Below, piece after piece: positions 1 through 9,532 of a DNA stretch of 64,000 nucleotides. Source of the DNA: an uncultured Muriicola sp. (GTDB lineage Bacteria; Bacteroidota; Bacteroidia; Flavobacteriales; Flavobacteriaceae); assembly GCA_965364605.1 (NCBI GenBank), contig CBDTYM010000003.1, forward strand, positions 58 to 64,057. Reading direction: 5' to 3'. The notes under the pieces were generated by a model that saw only the letters and a list, made by a program, of their open reading frames with translations, did no database searches and had not been told where the DNA came from. Positions within the stretch are counted from its first letter, which is position 1; every line of letters begins with the position of its first letter. The translations under genes and the position numbers were made by a program.

Positions 1-16
1 ACAATCTGTGAAGCTT

Positions 17-72
17 TTTTTATTCCCTGAAGCCTTTGAAGCTCGCTTCATAAAGGCGAAAGGGAATAAAAA
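17..72. other. Long nested imperfect stem-loop (inverted repeat), function unknown
   Basis: Read directly from the sequence. 17-28 TTTTTATTCCCT pairs with 61-72 AGGGAATAAAAA, 32-37 GCCTTT pairs with 52-57 AAAGGC, and 38-41 GAAG pairs with 46-49 CTTC around a CTCG loop. About 22 bp are paired within 56 nt. Confidence 0.4.
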
Positions 73-74
73 CA

Positions 75-100
75 GCAGCCCGTAAGGGATGCTTTTCTTT
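75..100 (+). terminator. Rho-independent terminator-like hairpin, probably for a + strand gene ending upstream of the window
   Basis: Stem 75-81 GCAGCCC pairs with 86-92 GGGATGC (one G.A mismatch). The loop is GTAA (GNRA type) and is followed by TTTTCTTT at 93-100. Confidence 0.4.
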
Positions 101-598
101 GTAGGTCTCCCCGCTTGGGATCAGCGTAGCTAATCCCTTTTGAAGCAATGACGCATACCAGGCTTCGCTCGGACCGGGTTTTTCATGCTTGCCCCGGATT
201 CCCTTCTTTGGGATCAAACACAGTCAATATCGTATATATCAATCGATCGATGAGTGCAGGAATCGTAAAAGGACCGAAATGGCTCTCGGAATGAGTCAAA
301 TCTAATTTTTAAAAAATCGGATCAATTCTGAATCGATCCATAGGATATCAGTCGACAAAAGACGCTTTTTATCGGTCAAAATACACCCTGTAAAATGCTG
401 CTTGGAGAAAGACCTTTCTATTCCAATTCCTAGGTCGATTTTACATAGCACTTCAGCGAAACTGTGAAAAATTGTTAGCGGCGGCAAAGATTTCTGGCCG
501 TTCATCGAAATTTTCCCGTCAAATCCTGTGAAAAATTAATAATGGGATGGGTGGCACTCTTTAGAAATTTATCCTGATGAACCCCAATATCTTACCCT

Positions 599-1882
599 AT
601 GAAGAATTTTACCCTCTGTTTACAAATTGCGCCGGCAACTTTAATGCTGCTCCTTTGCTCCCCTGTGCTGGCCCAGGAAAACACCTTTATTTCCAAGGAG
701 CTCGAAAGAAAGATTGAGGCCGATAAGCGGATCGATGATTATTTGGAACTCTCTCGCCTGGGTTACTCGGAAAAAGAGATCTTTGAAGATCTGGGCAATG
801 CCAATTTTCTCGCCGAGAAGTATGCTACGGCGGCCTTCTGGTATCAGAAACTGATCGATCTAAGTGGATCTGATGCCGTGTCGGATAGCTACATGGAGCG
901 TTACAGGATTGCCATGCACAAGGCCGGGATCGCGGATTACGAGAAGGCAGTGTCTCAAACCGACTGGTACACTGATATAAAACAGGAATACCAGGTGACA
1001 GAAAGACCGGGTCGGGCCAATCGGTTAGCCTCCTCAGAAAGAACCCAACGCCCTTCATTTCGGGATCCTGTTCAGTGGGAGCGTTCTATGGACGCACTTC
1101 GCCAACTGGCCGGTGTGGGAAAAGCTGATCCCCGGGACCTCTCTTCAGAACAATCGACTCCCATCACTAAGTTTAAGCCTCCGATCGCTGTGTCTTCGGA
1201 TGGACGGGTGGCCTATTTCAGCAAGGCCGTTTTGATCAAACCCGAATACGGACTCTTTTCCAAAAAAGAGCCTGTTCACAAGATCTATCGAGCCGAGAAC
1301 ATAAATGGGCAGTGGATGAATGTGACCGAGATCGGTGTCTGCCCCAAATACGCTTCGGCCCTACATCCGACGATCTCCCCGGACGGGCAACGCCTGTTCT
1401 TTTCCTCTAACATGCCGGGCACTTTTGGGAAATACGACATTTATGTGGCCGACATCCGCAGGGATGGCAGCCTGGGTGTTGCCAAGAATCTGGGTCAGAA
1501 GGTAAACACGAAAAAGGATGAAATGTTTCCCAATCTGGTAGGGGAGAACCTCCTCTTTTTTGCCTCTGATGGGCGCAAAGGAATGGGTGGACTCGACCTG
1601 TTCGCCGTGCAGGTCGGTACCCGATCTGTCGGTCTGGCTGTAAACCTCGGTGAACCCTTTAACAGCATGCAGGATGATTATGCCTTGAGTCTTAAGGCAG
1701 AAGAAGGTCTTGCACTGGTGATGTCCAACAGGGGCGGACTCGATCAGCAGCCGCGGCAGCTGGTATTCTCAGTCAAAGAGAAGGAAACGGATGCGGCTTC
1801 CAGGGATCGTAAATACGATTTCCCCGATTTGATTCCCATGGACCCGAACAGCGTATATACCAATATTTACTATCAGGACTAA
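599..1882 (+). CDS. Exported protein with TPR-like N-terminal region and TolB-like PD40 beta-propeller repeats
   Basis: Signal peptide MKNFTLCLQIAPATLMLLLCSPVLAQE. Repeated PD40-like segments: RVAYFSK, LFFSSNMPGTFGKYDIYVADI and LLFFASDGRKGMGGLDLFAV. Confidence 0.7.
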   Translation: MKNFTLCLQIAPATLMLLLCSPVLAQENTFISKELERKIEADKRIDDYLELSRLGYSEKEIFEDLGNANFLAEKYATAAFWYQKLIDLSGSDAVSDSYMERYRIAMHKAGIADYEKAVSQTDWYTDIKQEYQVTERPGRANRLASSERTQRPSFRDPVQWERSMDALRQLAGVGKADPRDLSSEQSTPITKFKPPIAVSSDGRVAYFSKAVLIKPEYGLFSKKEPVHKIYRAENINGQWMNVTEIGVCPKYASALHPTISPDGQRLFFSSNMPGTFGKYDIYVADIRRDGSLGVAKNLGQKVNTKKDEMFPNLVGENLLFFASDGRKGMGGLDLFAVQVGTRSVGLAVNLGEPFNSMQDDYALSLKAEEGLALVMSNRGGLDQQPRQLVFSVKEKETDAASRDRKYDFPDLIPMDPNSVYTNIYYQD

Positions 1883-2779
1883 GCCTGAAATACTGACTTA
1901 ACAGCCAATCAAACCCGTAGAAGGAATTCGTTCGGGAAATAATGCCCGGGTGACTCGTCCTGAAGACAAAAGGAACTACCATATGTGAAAATGGTTGACA
2001 ATCGGTCGGATATCATGGGGTTCATCTGCTACTCGCCAGAGTTCCCTATCCCCTGGAACGGCAGGCATCTGGATGCAAGCTTTTACAAAAGCGCGTCGAA
2101 GGTGCCGGGCGAGGGTATGACCCGGAGAAAAGGTTGTATTATGCATATCTGACCGATTTTTTCTTTTTATCGCCACCAAATACTCTCCCAATTTCGAAAT
2201 GATTCAATACTCGAAACAGGGAATAACGTACCTGAATTGAGATAGGGAATACCTCGATTAAAAGGGGAAATTCACAAACCACCAGGTCGGTTTTTGTGGC
2301 ATTTTTCCGATGAAATACATACTTTTCTTACATTTTATCGAAAAAAACTGCATTTCCTAGGTCAAAAAAAGGGCAATTGGTAATTTTTCTTTCCCAAAAA
2401 AAAATACAACCCCAAATCTTGACCCTATGAAACTGAACTCTACCTACCCTTATTTCGAATGGAACATTCGTGCCTTTCACCCGCAATTTGATCAGGTGAC
2501 CGATCACCTATCCAAAGGCAGAAGATCTGTTGTCTTCACAAGGAGACCTGTGAATCCACCCTCTCATCATCGGGAAAGCGCTTTCATGCACCCCTAAGTG
2601 CGTACCAGCTGGAAGATCCCAGGTGATTGAGATCCGAACGTACGGTCTCAAAATACTGACACCCGGTTTTTTCAGCTGATGTTATGGGAAAAAATGGACT
2701 TGGTCTTTACCGACTTAAGTCCTGCATTTTCCCTGCCCGTATGCAATCATAGTATTTCCTACAATTAAAATTTGTGAAG

Positions 2780-3409
2780 ATGAACAGCACTCAGTTAAAA
2801 GTCATTGTGATAGATGATGATCCCAGAACTCACGACAGGTACAGCTATTACCTGAGTAGTTATGATGATTATAAGCTCGCCGGTCTCTATCGTAGGGTGG
2901 AGGATGCCCTGGAAGATATCGGCAGGGTTGGCCCTGACCTTGTGATCTCTGAGGTATCATTTTCAGGTCTATGTGGTATAGAGAGCCTGGCTGAATTTCA
3001 GAAGGCCGATAACTCACCTGCGGTGATCGTGATCAGTCGGGAAACCGACTTCGACCGGATCACAAAGGCTTTCCAGTTCGGGGCGGAAGGATACCTGACC
3101 AAGCCGGTGGGCAAGAAAAAACTACGACAGGCCCTTAATGCTATCCGAAAGGATGGGGCAGCCCTAAGTGTTGACGTGGCTAAAAAGGTCATCTCTGTCT
3201 ATCGCAAGAAGACTTATGATTTCTTTTCCGAAAGGGAAAACCAGATCATAGAACACCTGAGCCGGGGTGCCACTTACAAGGAGATCGCAGAGCAGTTATT
3301 CGTCACCCCGAGTACGGTAAATTTCCATATACAGAACATCTATCTCAAACTCGATGTGAACTCCAAATCCGAGGCCCTGAAAAAGATCCGGAATATGGAT
3401 GCAGCCTGA
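2780..3409 (+). CDS. LuxR/NarL-family response regulator (REC + LuxR HTH), atypical receiver
   Basis: REC motifs VIVIDDDP, VIVISRE and GYLTKP. LuxR HTH: SERENQIIEHLSRGATYKEIAEQLFVTPSTVNFHIQNIYLKLDV. ATG at 2780 is preferred over GTG at 2774. No histidine kinase gene is adjacent. Confidence 0.85.
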   Translation: MNSTQLKVIVIDDDPRTHDRYSYYLSSYDDYKLAGLYRRVEDALEDIGRVGPDLVISEVSFSGLCGIESLAEFQKADNSPAVIVISRETDFDRITKAFQFGAEGYLTKPVGKKKLRQALNAIRKDGAALSVDVAKKVISVYRKKTYDFFSERENQIIEHLSRGATYKEIAEQLFVTPSTVNFHIQNIYLKLDVNSKSEALKKIRNMDAA

Positions 3410-3501
3410 ACAGGTCTCACTGCATGGGCTCGATTCGCCTGGAATCTGTGGGTTGACCTCAGATCAATAACACAAACACGAGGGAATGTCGTAACTTTCG
3501 T

Positions 3502-4500
3502 GTGGTTTATACTGTTCTGTTGAAAGCCTATACCTTAAAAAAATACGGCCCCCCGGATGAGGTCCTTCACATGGAGGATGTCGAGCTCCCTGAACCCAAA
3601 GACACAGAGGTCCGAATACGTGTTCAGGCCACCGCCATCAACGATTATGACTGGTGTATCACTGTTGGCAAACCCTTGGAGTACCGTCTTATATTCGGTA
3701 TTTTCAGGCCACGCAAAAAGTTGCGGATACCCGGCATGGAGGTCGCTGGAGTCGTAGATAAAGTTGGAAAGGCGGTTGCCATATTCAAAGAAGGAGATAG
3801 GGTTTACGGAGATATATCCGAGCACGGATTCGGTAGTTTTGCTCAGTTCTTATGTATCGGTGAGAAGGGACTTAGGCTTATGCCGGAAGATATGTCTTTT
3901 GAGGAAGCTGCCAGTATACCTCATGCCGGCATGCTCGCCATTGGGGGCTTGCGGGACGTCGGGCACTTGAAGGATGGACAGGATTTGCTCATTGTCGGCG
4001 GGGGAGGAGGCATGGGCTCCTTTGCACTGCAGATCGCCAAAACTTTTAATGTCCGGGTGACCGGAGTAGACACTGGGGAGAAATTAGAAGCCATGAAAGC
4101 TCTGGGGTACGATGCTGTGATCGATTACAAAAAAGAGGATTTCACCAAAAGGACTGAGCGGTACGACCTGATCCTGGACTGCCGGACCAATCGGTCTCTC
4201 TGGCATTACTTGCGAGCCCTGAAGCCTCATGGAAAGTACGTGACGGTCGGAGGACGTTCCGCAAAGCTATTGCAGATGCTTTATTTAAAGCCCCTGCTAA
4301 GGCTCTTTAGTGCCAAACGCGTGAAGATGGTGATGATTAGGACCAACCGCGACCTGGATTATTTCGAAAAATTATATCAGGACGGGAAGATAACCTGTGT
4401 GGTCGATGGACCTTACCCCTTCGAGGATCTGACGCAGGCGGTGCAGCGATTCGGGGATGCCAAACACCATGGGAAAATCGTCGTCACTTTGAAGTCCTGA
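3502..4500 (+). CDS. Zinc-type/MDR-family NAD(P)-dependent oxidoreductase (quinone oxidoreductase-like)
   Basis: MDR layout: GMEVAGVV, nucleotide-binding loop LIVGGGGGMGSFALQIAK, C-terminal HGKIVV. The start is ambiguous (GTG 3502 or TTG 3520, the latter giving MKAYTLKKYG). Confidence 0.85.
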   Translation: MVYTVLLKAYTLKKYGPPDEVLHMEDVELPEPKDTEVRIRVQATAINDYDWCITVGKPLEYRLIFGIFRPRKKLRIPGMEVAGVVDKVGKAVAIFKEGDRVYGDISEHGFGSFAQFLCIGEKGLRLMPEDMSFEEAASIPHAGMLAIGGLRDVGHLKDGQDLLIVGGGGGMGSFALQIAKTFNVRVTGVDTGEKLEAMKALGYDAVIDYKKEDFTKRTERYDLILDCRTNRSLWHYLRALKPHGKYVTVGGRSAKLLQMLYLKPLLRLFSAKRVKMVMIRTNRDLDYFEKLYQDGKITCVVDGPYPFEDLTQAVQRFGDAKHHGKIVVTLKS

Positions 4501-4669
4501 AAGGGATTAATCCATTTGGCATTTTATAATTCGGTGGGTTAATAAGAGACCTTAATTTAAGGTCAATGTCCAACGCTTGTCCAATTGTTAAACTAATCCA
4601 AAAAGTGTAGGATGTATATTGTAAGAATTTTCCATCTTTCTTAAATTAGGAAAAATAAAAATTCTTGCT

Positions 4670-5179
4670 ATGAAAAGAGTACTTCTGGGAATACTTACTA
4701 TTTGCCTTCTCTCTATGTGTTCGAACGAAGAGGAAATTGTAGATACGAGGACTGATGAGCAAATTGCTCTCGAGTTATTATTCTCTGATGGGTTTGCCCG
4801 GAGGGTTAAAAGAGCAAATTCCTACAGATGTGAAAGTTCAGAGCTTTTCACAAGAGGTGCCGACATTGACGATGTCGTTTATCAAATTCAATTCAACAAC
4901 GACGGCTCATATCTGCTTACCATACTGTATAGTGATCCGGTAATAATTAATGGCAGACTCATTTACAGGGAAAAGGAGGGTGATAACTATAGATTTGAAA
5001 ATACCTACGAATATGAGAACCCTGCTAACCCAACGACTTCCAGACATCCCATAATTAGCGAAGGTTCCTATGTAGTTTACTTCGATGATCTGCCCAGAAG
5101 CAATCGTGGCTATTTTGAAATGATATCTGATGAATGTGTCAATTCAGCGAAACAGGGATTCGAATTTTCCTATCGATAG
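4670..5179 (+). CDS. Hypothetical lipoprotein (ORFan by eye)
   Basis: Lipoprotein-type signal MKRVLLGILTICLLSMCSNEE. No recognisable motif. The gene and its upstream region are AT-rich relative to their neighbours. Confidence 0.55.
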   Translation: MKRVLLGILTICLLSMCSNEEEIVDTRTDEQIALELLFSDGFARRVKRANSYRCESSELFTRGADIDDVVYQIQFNNDGSYLLTILYSDPVIINGRLIYREKEGDNYRFENTYEYENPANPTTSRHPIISEGSYVVYFDDLPRSNRGYFEMISDECVNSAKQGFEFSYR

Positions 5180-5225
5180 AAAGGAGATCTTGCAATCGAT
5201 TACCGTCAATTTCTTCCTTTGAAAT

Positions 5226-5849
5226 TCATCCAAATAATTGGCCCAACCCTACCGGCTGATGGAGCAACCATCCGGTCAGGCTGTATCTGTTCTTATGGGA
5301 TTCAAGCACCTGATGGGGGACTATCGCGCTTTTGAATAGCACACAACGGGCTGCCAGGGGTTCTACTATGGTCGTTTCCCCATTCCTATGGAACATTTCC
5401 AATTCCCCTCCGTCTCCCTTAGACCATCCTTCATTTAAGTACAGCACCACGGTGATCATACGATTTCCCCGGTTGTCGAACTGGTCTACGTGCTTGTCGT
5501 ACCTGGCCCCGGGGGGATAATTGGCAAAGTGAAATTCATATCCGGACAGGCTAAGGTAACAGTAGCGGTTAAAGATGTGCACAGTCTCATCCACAAGAGC
5601 CCAGAAAGTGCTTAGGTCTGTATCCTGTTCCCTGTCCAGCCAGTAGGTATAATCACCTCGTATGTCATGGCGGATCACCTGTTCATGGGTGGCCCCGATG
5701 CCTGCTTTGGAAAAAGAAGACAGGTGTTCCAGGAAACTACCCCGGATCTCAGAATAGACATCCTGCCTGACAAACTCGTCGATGACGACGTAGTCTTTGG
5801 TGGAGAGCTCGTCCATCCAGGCGAGCCATTGCTCCAGATCGTGATACAT
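5226..5849 (-). CDS. 2OG-Fe(II) oxygenase (prolyl 4-hydroxylase-like)
   Basis: HxD...H facial triad context: YDKHVDQF, VVLYLNEGWSKGDGGELEMF, VPHQVLES...RYSLTGWL. The ORF is open back to 5984. The internal ATG at 5849 (MYHDLEQW...) gives a typical length, so the start is uncertain. Confidence 0.75.
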   Translation of the reverse strand: MYHDLEQWLAWMDELSTKDYVVIDEFVRQDVYSEIRGSFLEHLSSFSKAGIGATHEQVIRHDIRGDYTYWLDREQDTDLSTFWALVDETVHIFNRYCYLSLSGYEFHFANYPPGARYDKHVDQFDNRGNRMITVVLYLNEGWSKGDGGELEMFHRNGETTIVEPLAARCVLFKSAIVPHQVLESHKNRYSLTGWLLHQPVGLGQLFG

Positions 5850-6070
5850 GGTCTCAGTAAAAAAAGCTCGCGAAGATAGCGATAATTCACTTTGGACCAA
5901 CCAATGGCAATAATGCGATTTTAGATTTATAAAGCTGGCAGTCACCTTTTTTAAACCGGGGACCAGAGGTTTATGCTCATCCATTTTTCCTATCTTACCC
6001 TAAATTCGGATGGTAGGGCTGAAGCCTGTCATTTGAATATAATTGTTGGAATCCCATCGATAAGAACGAG

Positions 6071-6700
6071 ATGAAATTAAGGACCTATGCCCTTCTTGGG
6101 GGAAGCAGTTACCTGGTTATTTTTTTTGCAGCGATATTTGCCAATTTTTTTGTGATCGAAGAAATACTGGCATCCCCATTGGAGATGACCCGGGAAAACC
6201 CGATGATGGTGCGGTTCGGCATCCTGGCCTTCCTGATCACAGTGGTTTTTGATGTTGTGGTCGCCTGGGCCCTCTTCGAATTATATCGCAACCACATTTT
6301 GACGACCCTTAGCACCCTGTTCCGAATGATGCATGCAGCCATCATGGGGGTAGCCGTATTTGCCCTCCCGGAGGTCCTGCAGGTTGGTACTTCAGAAGAA
6401 GTCCTGCATCAGGTGGATGTCTTTAACACGATCTGGTTGATCGGACTCTTCTTTTTTGGGATCCATCTGATCCTACTGGGCAGGATTATCAGGATACCAC
6501 GTCTTATCTCTTTCCTGCTTTTATTGGCAGGACTGGCCTATATTTTGGATACATGCGCTCATTTTTTGATTTCTGACTACGACTTCTATGCTTCTGTTTT
6601 CCTGATGATCGTGGCGATACCTAGCGTATTGGGAGAGATGTCTTTTGCCATCTGGTTGCTTGTGCGAGGCGGCAAAGATGCCGTGGCACTACCAGGATAG
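6071..6700 (+). CDS. DUF4386-like integral membrane protein
   Basis: Five to six hydrophobic helices. The N-terminal pattern GGSSYLVIFFAAIFANFFV ... FGILAFLITVVFDVVVAWALFELY resembles DUF4386 proteins. Confidence 0.6.
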   Translation: MKLRTYALLGGSSYLVIFFAAIFANFFVIEEILASPLEMTRENPMMVRFGILAFLITVVFDVVVAWALFELYRNHILTTLSTLFRMMHAAIMGVAVFALPEVLQVGTSEEVLHQVDVFNTIWLIGLFFFGIHLILLGRIIRIPRLISFLLLLAGLAYILDTCAHFLISDYDFYASVFLMIVAIPSVLGEMSFAIWLLVRGGKDAVALPG

Positions 6701-6775
6701 AGAGAAGGTACCGGAAAAACGAACTGGAGCCCTAGTGGATTTTAGCGGTTGGTCAACCGAGCACAAAAGACTGCC

Positions 6776-7693
6776 ATGAAAATAATTTTCATCGTCAACA
6801 ACAAGAACAATCGCCTGAAAAAAAGGCTTCCCGCTTTGAGGTCTCATTTTGAAGCGTGCTTTCCGGGTCAGGCTGAATTTCAATTCACCCTTAGAAAATG
6901 GCATGCTGCAGAGCTTGCACGATTGGCGGCAGAAAAAGGATGCGATTTCGTGATCGCTGTAGGGGGAGACGGGACACTTCACGAAGTAATCAACGGCCTC
7001 CTCCTGAGTAATATCCCTCCGAATGACCGCCCGGCAGCAGGGCTTTTGCCCCTGGGCTCTGCCAATGATTTTGCCAGGACAGCGGGGATTACTTCTTCTC
7101 CCGATGACCTGGAAAAATGGGTTAGTAAGGGATCTACCCGAAAGATAGATGTCGGGATGATCCAACTGGTTGCCTCCGGTGAGACCCGATATTTTATCAA
7201 TGTGGCCGGGCTGGGCCTGGGGGCGGAAGTGGTACAGCTGATGTCCCGGGCGGAACCCGTCTTCGGTGCTGCTATTTACTATTACCAGGGCATTTTCAGG
7301 GGATTCAGAAAATACAGGAAAAAGGAGGTGTCCCTGCGCAGTAACTCCTGGCAATGGAAGGGAAAAATATTGCAAATAGCCGTGGCCAATGGCCGTTTCT
7401 TTGGCAACGGGATCTGCATTGCTCCCCAGGCTGTTCTGGAAGACGGATCATTGAACATATCCATTTTTGGAGATTTAAGCCTGTGGGATTACATAAAGAA
7501 CATCGGTAACTTAAAGAAGGGTAAATTGATAAAACATCCCCAGGTGACCTACCAAATTACTGCTGCCCTTCTTCTGGAAGGGGAAGGTTGTGGTATTGAA
7601 GCAGACGGGGAGTTTGTCGGGTATTTGCCAGCGAATATCTCAATTCGGCCCGCTGCTCTTTCCTTCCTGATGCCTACAGGAGTTGAAAAGTAA
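6776..7693 (+). CDS. Diacylglycerol/lipid kinase family protein (YegS/BmrU-like)
   Basis: DAGK catalytic-domain motifs MKIIFIVNNK, VIAVGGDGTLHEVINGL and LPLGSANDFAR. ATG at 6776 is preferred to the upstream ATG at 6749. Confidence 0.85.
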   Translation: MKIIFIVNNKNNRLKKRLPALRSHFEACFPGQAEFQFTLRKWHAAELARLAAEKGCDFVIAVGGDGTLHEVINGLLLSNIPPNDRPAAGLLPLGSANDFARTAGITSSPDDLEKWVSKGSTRKIDVGMIQLVASGETRYFINVAGLGLGAEVVQLMSRAEPVFGAAIYYYQGIFRGFRKYRKKEVSLRSNSWQWKGKILQIAVANGRFFGNGICIAPQAVLEDGSLNISIFGDLSLWDYIKNIGNLKKGKLIKHPQVTYQITAALLLEGEGCGIEADGEFVGYLPANISIRPAALSFLMPTGVEK

Positions 7694-7786
7694 CCCTGTT
7701 AATTGCAAACTTCCGTATTTGTTTATTAAATAAAATCGTATTTTGCTGGAAGAGAGCCCTTCGGAGGGCGATAACGACCCAATAGC

Positions 7787-8323
7787 ATGAAAAAGATACT
7801 TAAGTTAACCCTCATTTCGCTTCTGATTTGGGGATGTCAGACCGAGGCCAAAAAAAAGGAAAAAGAAATTGATAAATCATCAGAAAATGAAATGCCTATG
7901 AGCAATAATGAACCCAGGGTCACCGGTATTGGTGGCATTTTTTTTAAGTCCGCAAACCCAGAGGCCACCAAGAAATGGTACGGGGAAAACTTAGGCCTTG
8001 CTGTAGGTGCCAACGGAGCCCCTTTTGAATTTCGCAATGCGCATCGGCCCGATGAGATCAACTACCTCAACTGGGATGCCTTTCCCGATAGTACGGATTA
8101 CTTCAATCCTTCCCAAAAAGAGTTTATGATCAACTACAGGGTACACAACCTGGAAGGCCTGGTTGAGAAACTACGGAAAAACGGGGTAACGGTAGTCGAT
8201 GAGATCGCTGAATATCCCTATGGGAAATTCGTGCATATCATGGATCCGGAGGGAAACAAAATTGAACTGTGGGAACCGATCGACAGCTTTCTGACTGAAC
8301 TGGGTGGAGAAACTACAAAATAA
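7787..8323 (+). CDS. VOC/glyoxalase-fold lipoprotein
   Basis: Lipoprotein signal LISLLIWGCQ. Glyoxalase-fold ends GIGGIFFKSANPEATKKWYGENLGL and GKFVHIMDPEGNKIELWEP. Confidence 0.75.
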   Translation: MKKILKLTLISLLIWGCQTEAKKKEKEIDKSSENEMPMSNNEPRVTGIGGIFFKSANPEATKKWYGENLGLAVGANGAPFEFRNAHRPDEINYLNWDAFPDSTDYFNPSQKEFMINYRVHNLEGLVEKLRKNGVTVVDEIAEYPYGKFVHIMDPEGNKIELWEPIDSFLTELGGETTK

Positions 8324-8481
8324 CGGACCTTTTTGAAACCTATTGTCCGTGATATTGGGTTCTTTATGGGGGTCTTCTGCCTTTCCGCTCAGGCCGAGCT
8401 TGATCCTGACGCGCAGCCCGGAACACTGGAATGTACTAGAAGGAAACAGCCTAAATGGGACGCGAAAATGCTGGGATCCGC

Positions 8482-9240
8482 TCAGTAGGTTTTTACTGTA
8501 AAGCCAAAGGTAAGAAATTGGTCGTCCTGCCTCTGACCTGAGATGACCACGCTCTCAAACGTATTGATGTAATTGAGCTTCAGGTTGAGGAAGGACCAGA
8601 CAGGTAGCTCCAGACCCAGGTCGGATTGCCAGCGGTAATTATCGCTTTTTCCCAGTGCGGGCTGGATATAGCTCTCGTGACTCAGGATGAGTTTGTCCTT
8701 GAATAAGTAGTATTTACCACTGACCCAGAGGGTTGCCCGCACCGTCCGAAGGGTCGCCTCCCCGTCATAGGATGATTTATTGAAAACGGCCCGTGAAAAA
8801 TCAGTTCGCTCATATTCACTGGAAAGGGAAAACTTGAGCCAGTTTTTGTTATTCTGCAGAAGTTGAAAAGAAACACCAGCCCCGGTCAATAGCCTGAGGT
8901 CGATCTCTCTCCGGAAATTCGTGCTGACAAATCCGAGGAGAAAAGGATAGACCTTTCTCTCCGGGTTGAAATACAAAAAATTGAGGCTCAGGATATCTTC
9001 ATCGGCCTTTTCCCTCCCAAATTCCTGGTAGATATAGGAGTTTCTGGTTTTGAACACACCTTTCTCCCAGGGTCTGAAACTAAGATTCGATTTGGCGCGG
9101 AATATAAAGGTCTCCACATTTCCGCTTTGCCAAAACCCGGTCAGGGAAAGGTCGGCCTTGAACTTCAAGGTATCACTTTCGTTGATCTGACCGCAAAGGA
9201 CAGCCGGAAACAGTAGCAGAAATAAAATCTTCCTTCTCAT
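8482..9240 (-). CDS. DUF481-like outer-membrane beta-barrel protein
   Basis: Signal peptide MRRKILFLLLFPAVLCGQ. Alternating amphipathic beta-strand pattern, LSLTGFWQSGNVETF, and a C-terminal aromatic residue (TVKTY). Confidence 0.6.
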   Translation of the reverse strand: MRRKILFLLLFPAVLCGQINESDTLKFKADLSLTGFWQSGNVETFIFRAKSNLSFRPWEKGVFKTRNSYIYQEFGREKADEDILSLNFLYFNPERKVYPFLLGFVSTNFRREIDLRLLTGAGVSFQLLQNNKNWLKFSLSSEYERTDFSRAVFNKSSYDGEATLRTVRATLWVSGKYYLFKDKLILSHESYIQPALGKSDNYRWQSDLGLELPVWSFLNLKLNYINTFESVVISGQRQDDQFLTFGFTVKTY

Positions 9241-9532
9241 TGCAGAATGCTTTTGGTTTTGAGAATTCAAGGCTCTTAACCTTTAGGGTTGCAAACATAA
9301 AGCGGGATTTGATCAACTCAAAACTGCTCTCTTGTACTTGGTAAATTTGGCTGTGCTGATCATGTGGATAGAGGAACATATGCCTTTTATCCCGTGTAAT
9401 GTTTACATTTAGGAGGAATCAATACGCGTCACCCGGATCTCGGGATGCAGGAAATAATGATCTTCATTGCTGCTATTTTCACGATATTAGGACTGAAATT
9501 AATGGCGTGGCCATGGCCAGAAAAAAAAGAAT

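Noticed and set aside
20-505. 65-aa (20-217) and 67-aa (302-505) ORFs on the - strand
   Set aside because: The first runs through two stable stem-loops with terminator-like structure. Neither has a motif, signal or plausible context. The region is more likely non-coding.
6689-7375. 228-aa ORF on the - strand
   Set aside because: It is antisense to the lipid-kinase gene (GGDGT motif on the + strand). The translation is Arg/Pro/Ser-rich with no recognisable domain.
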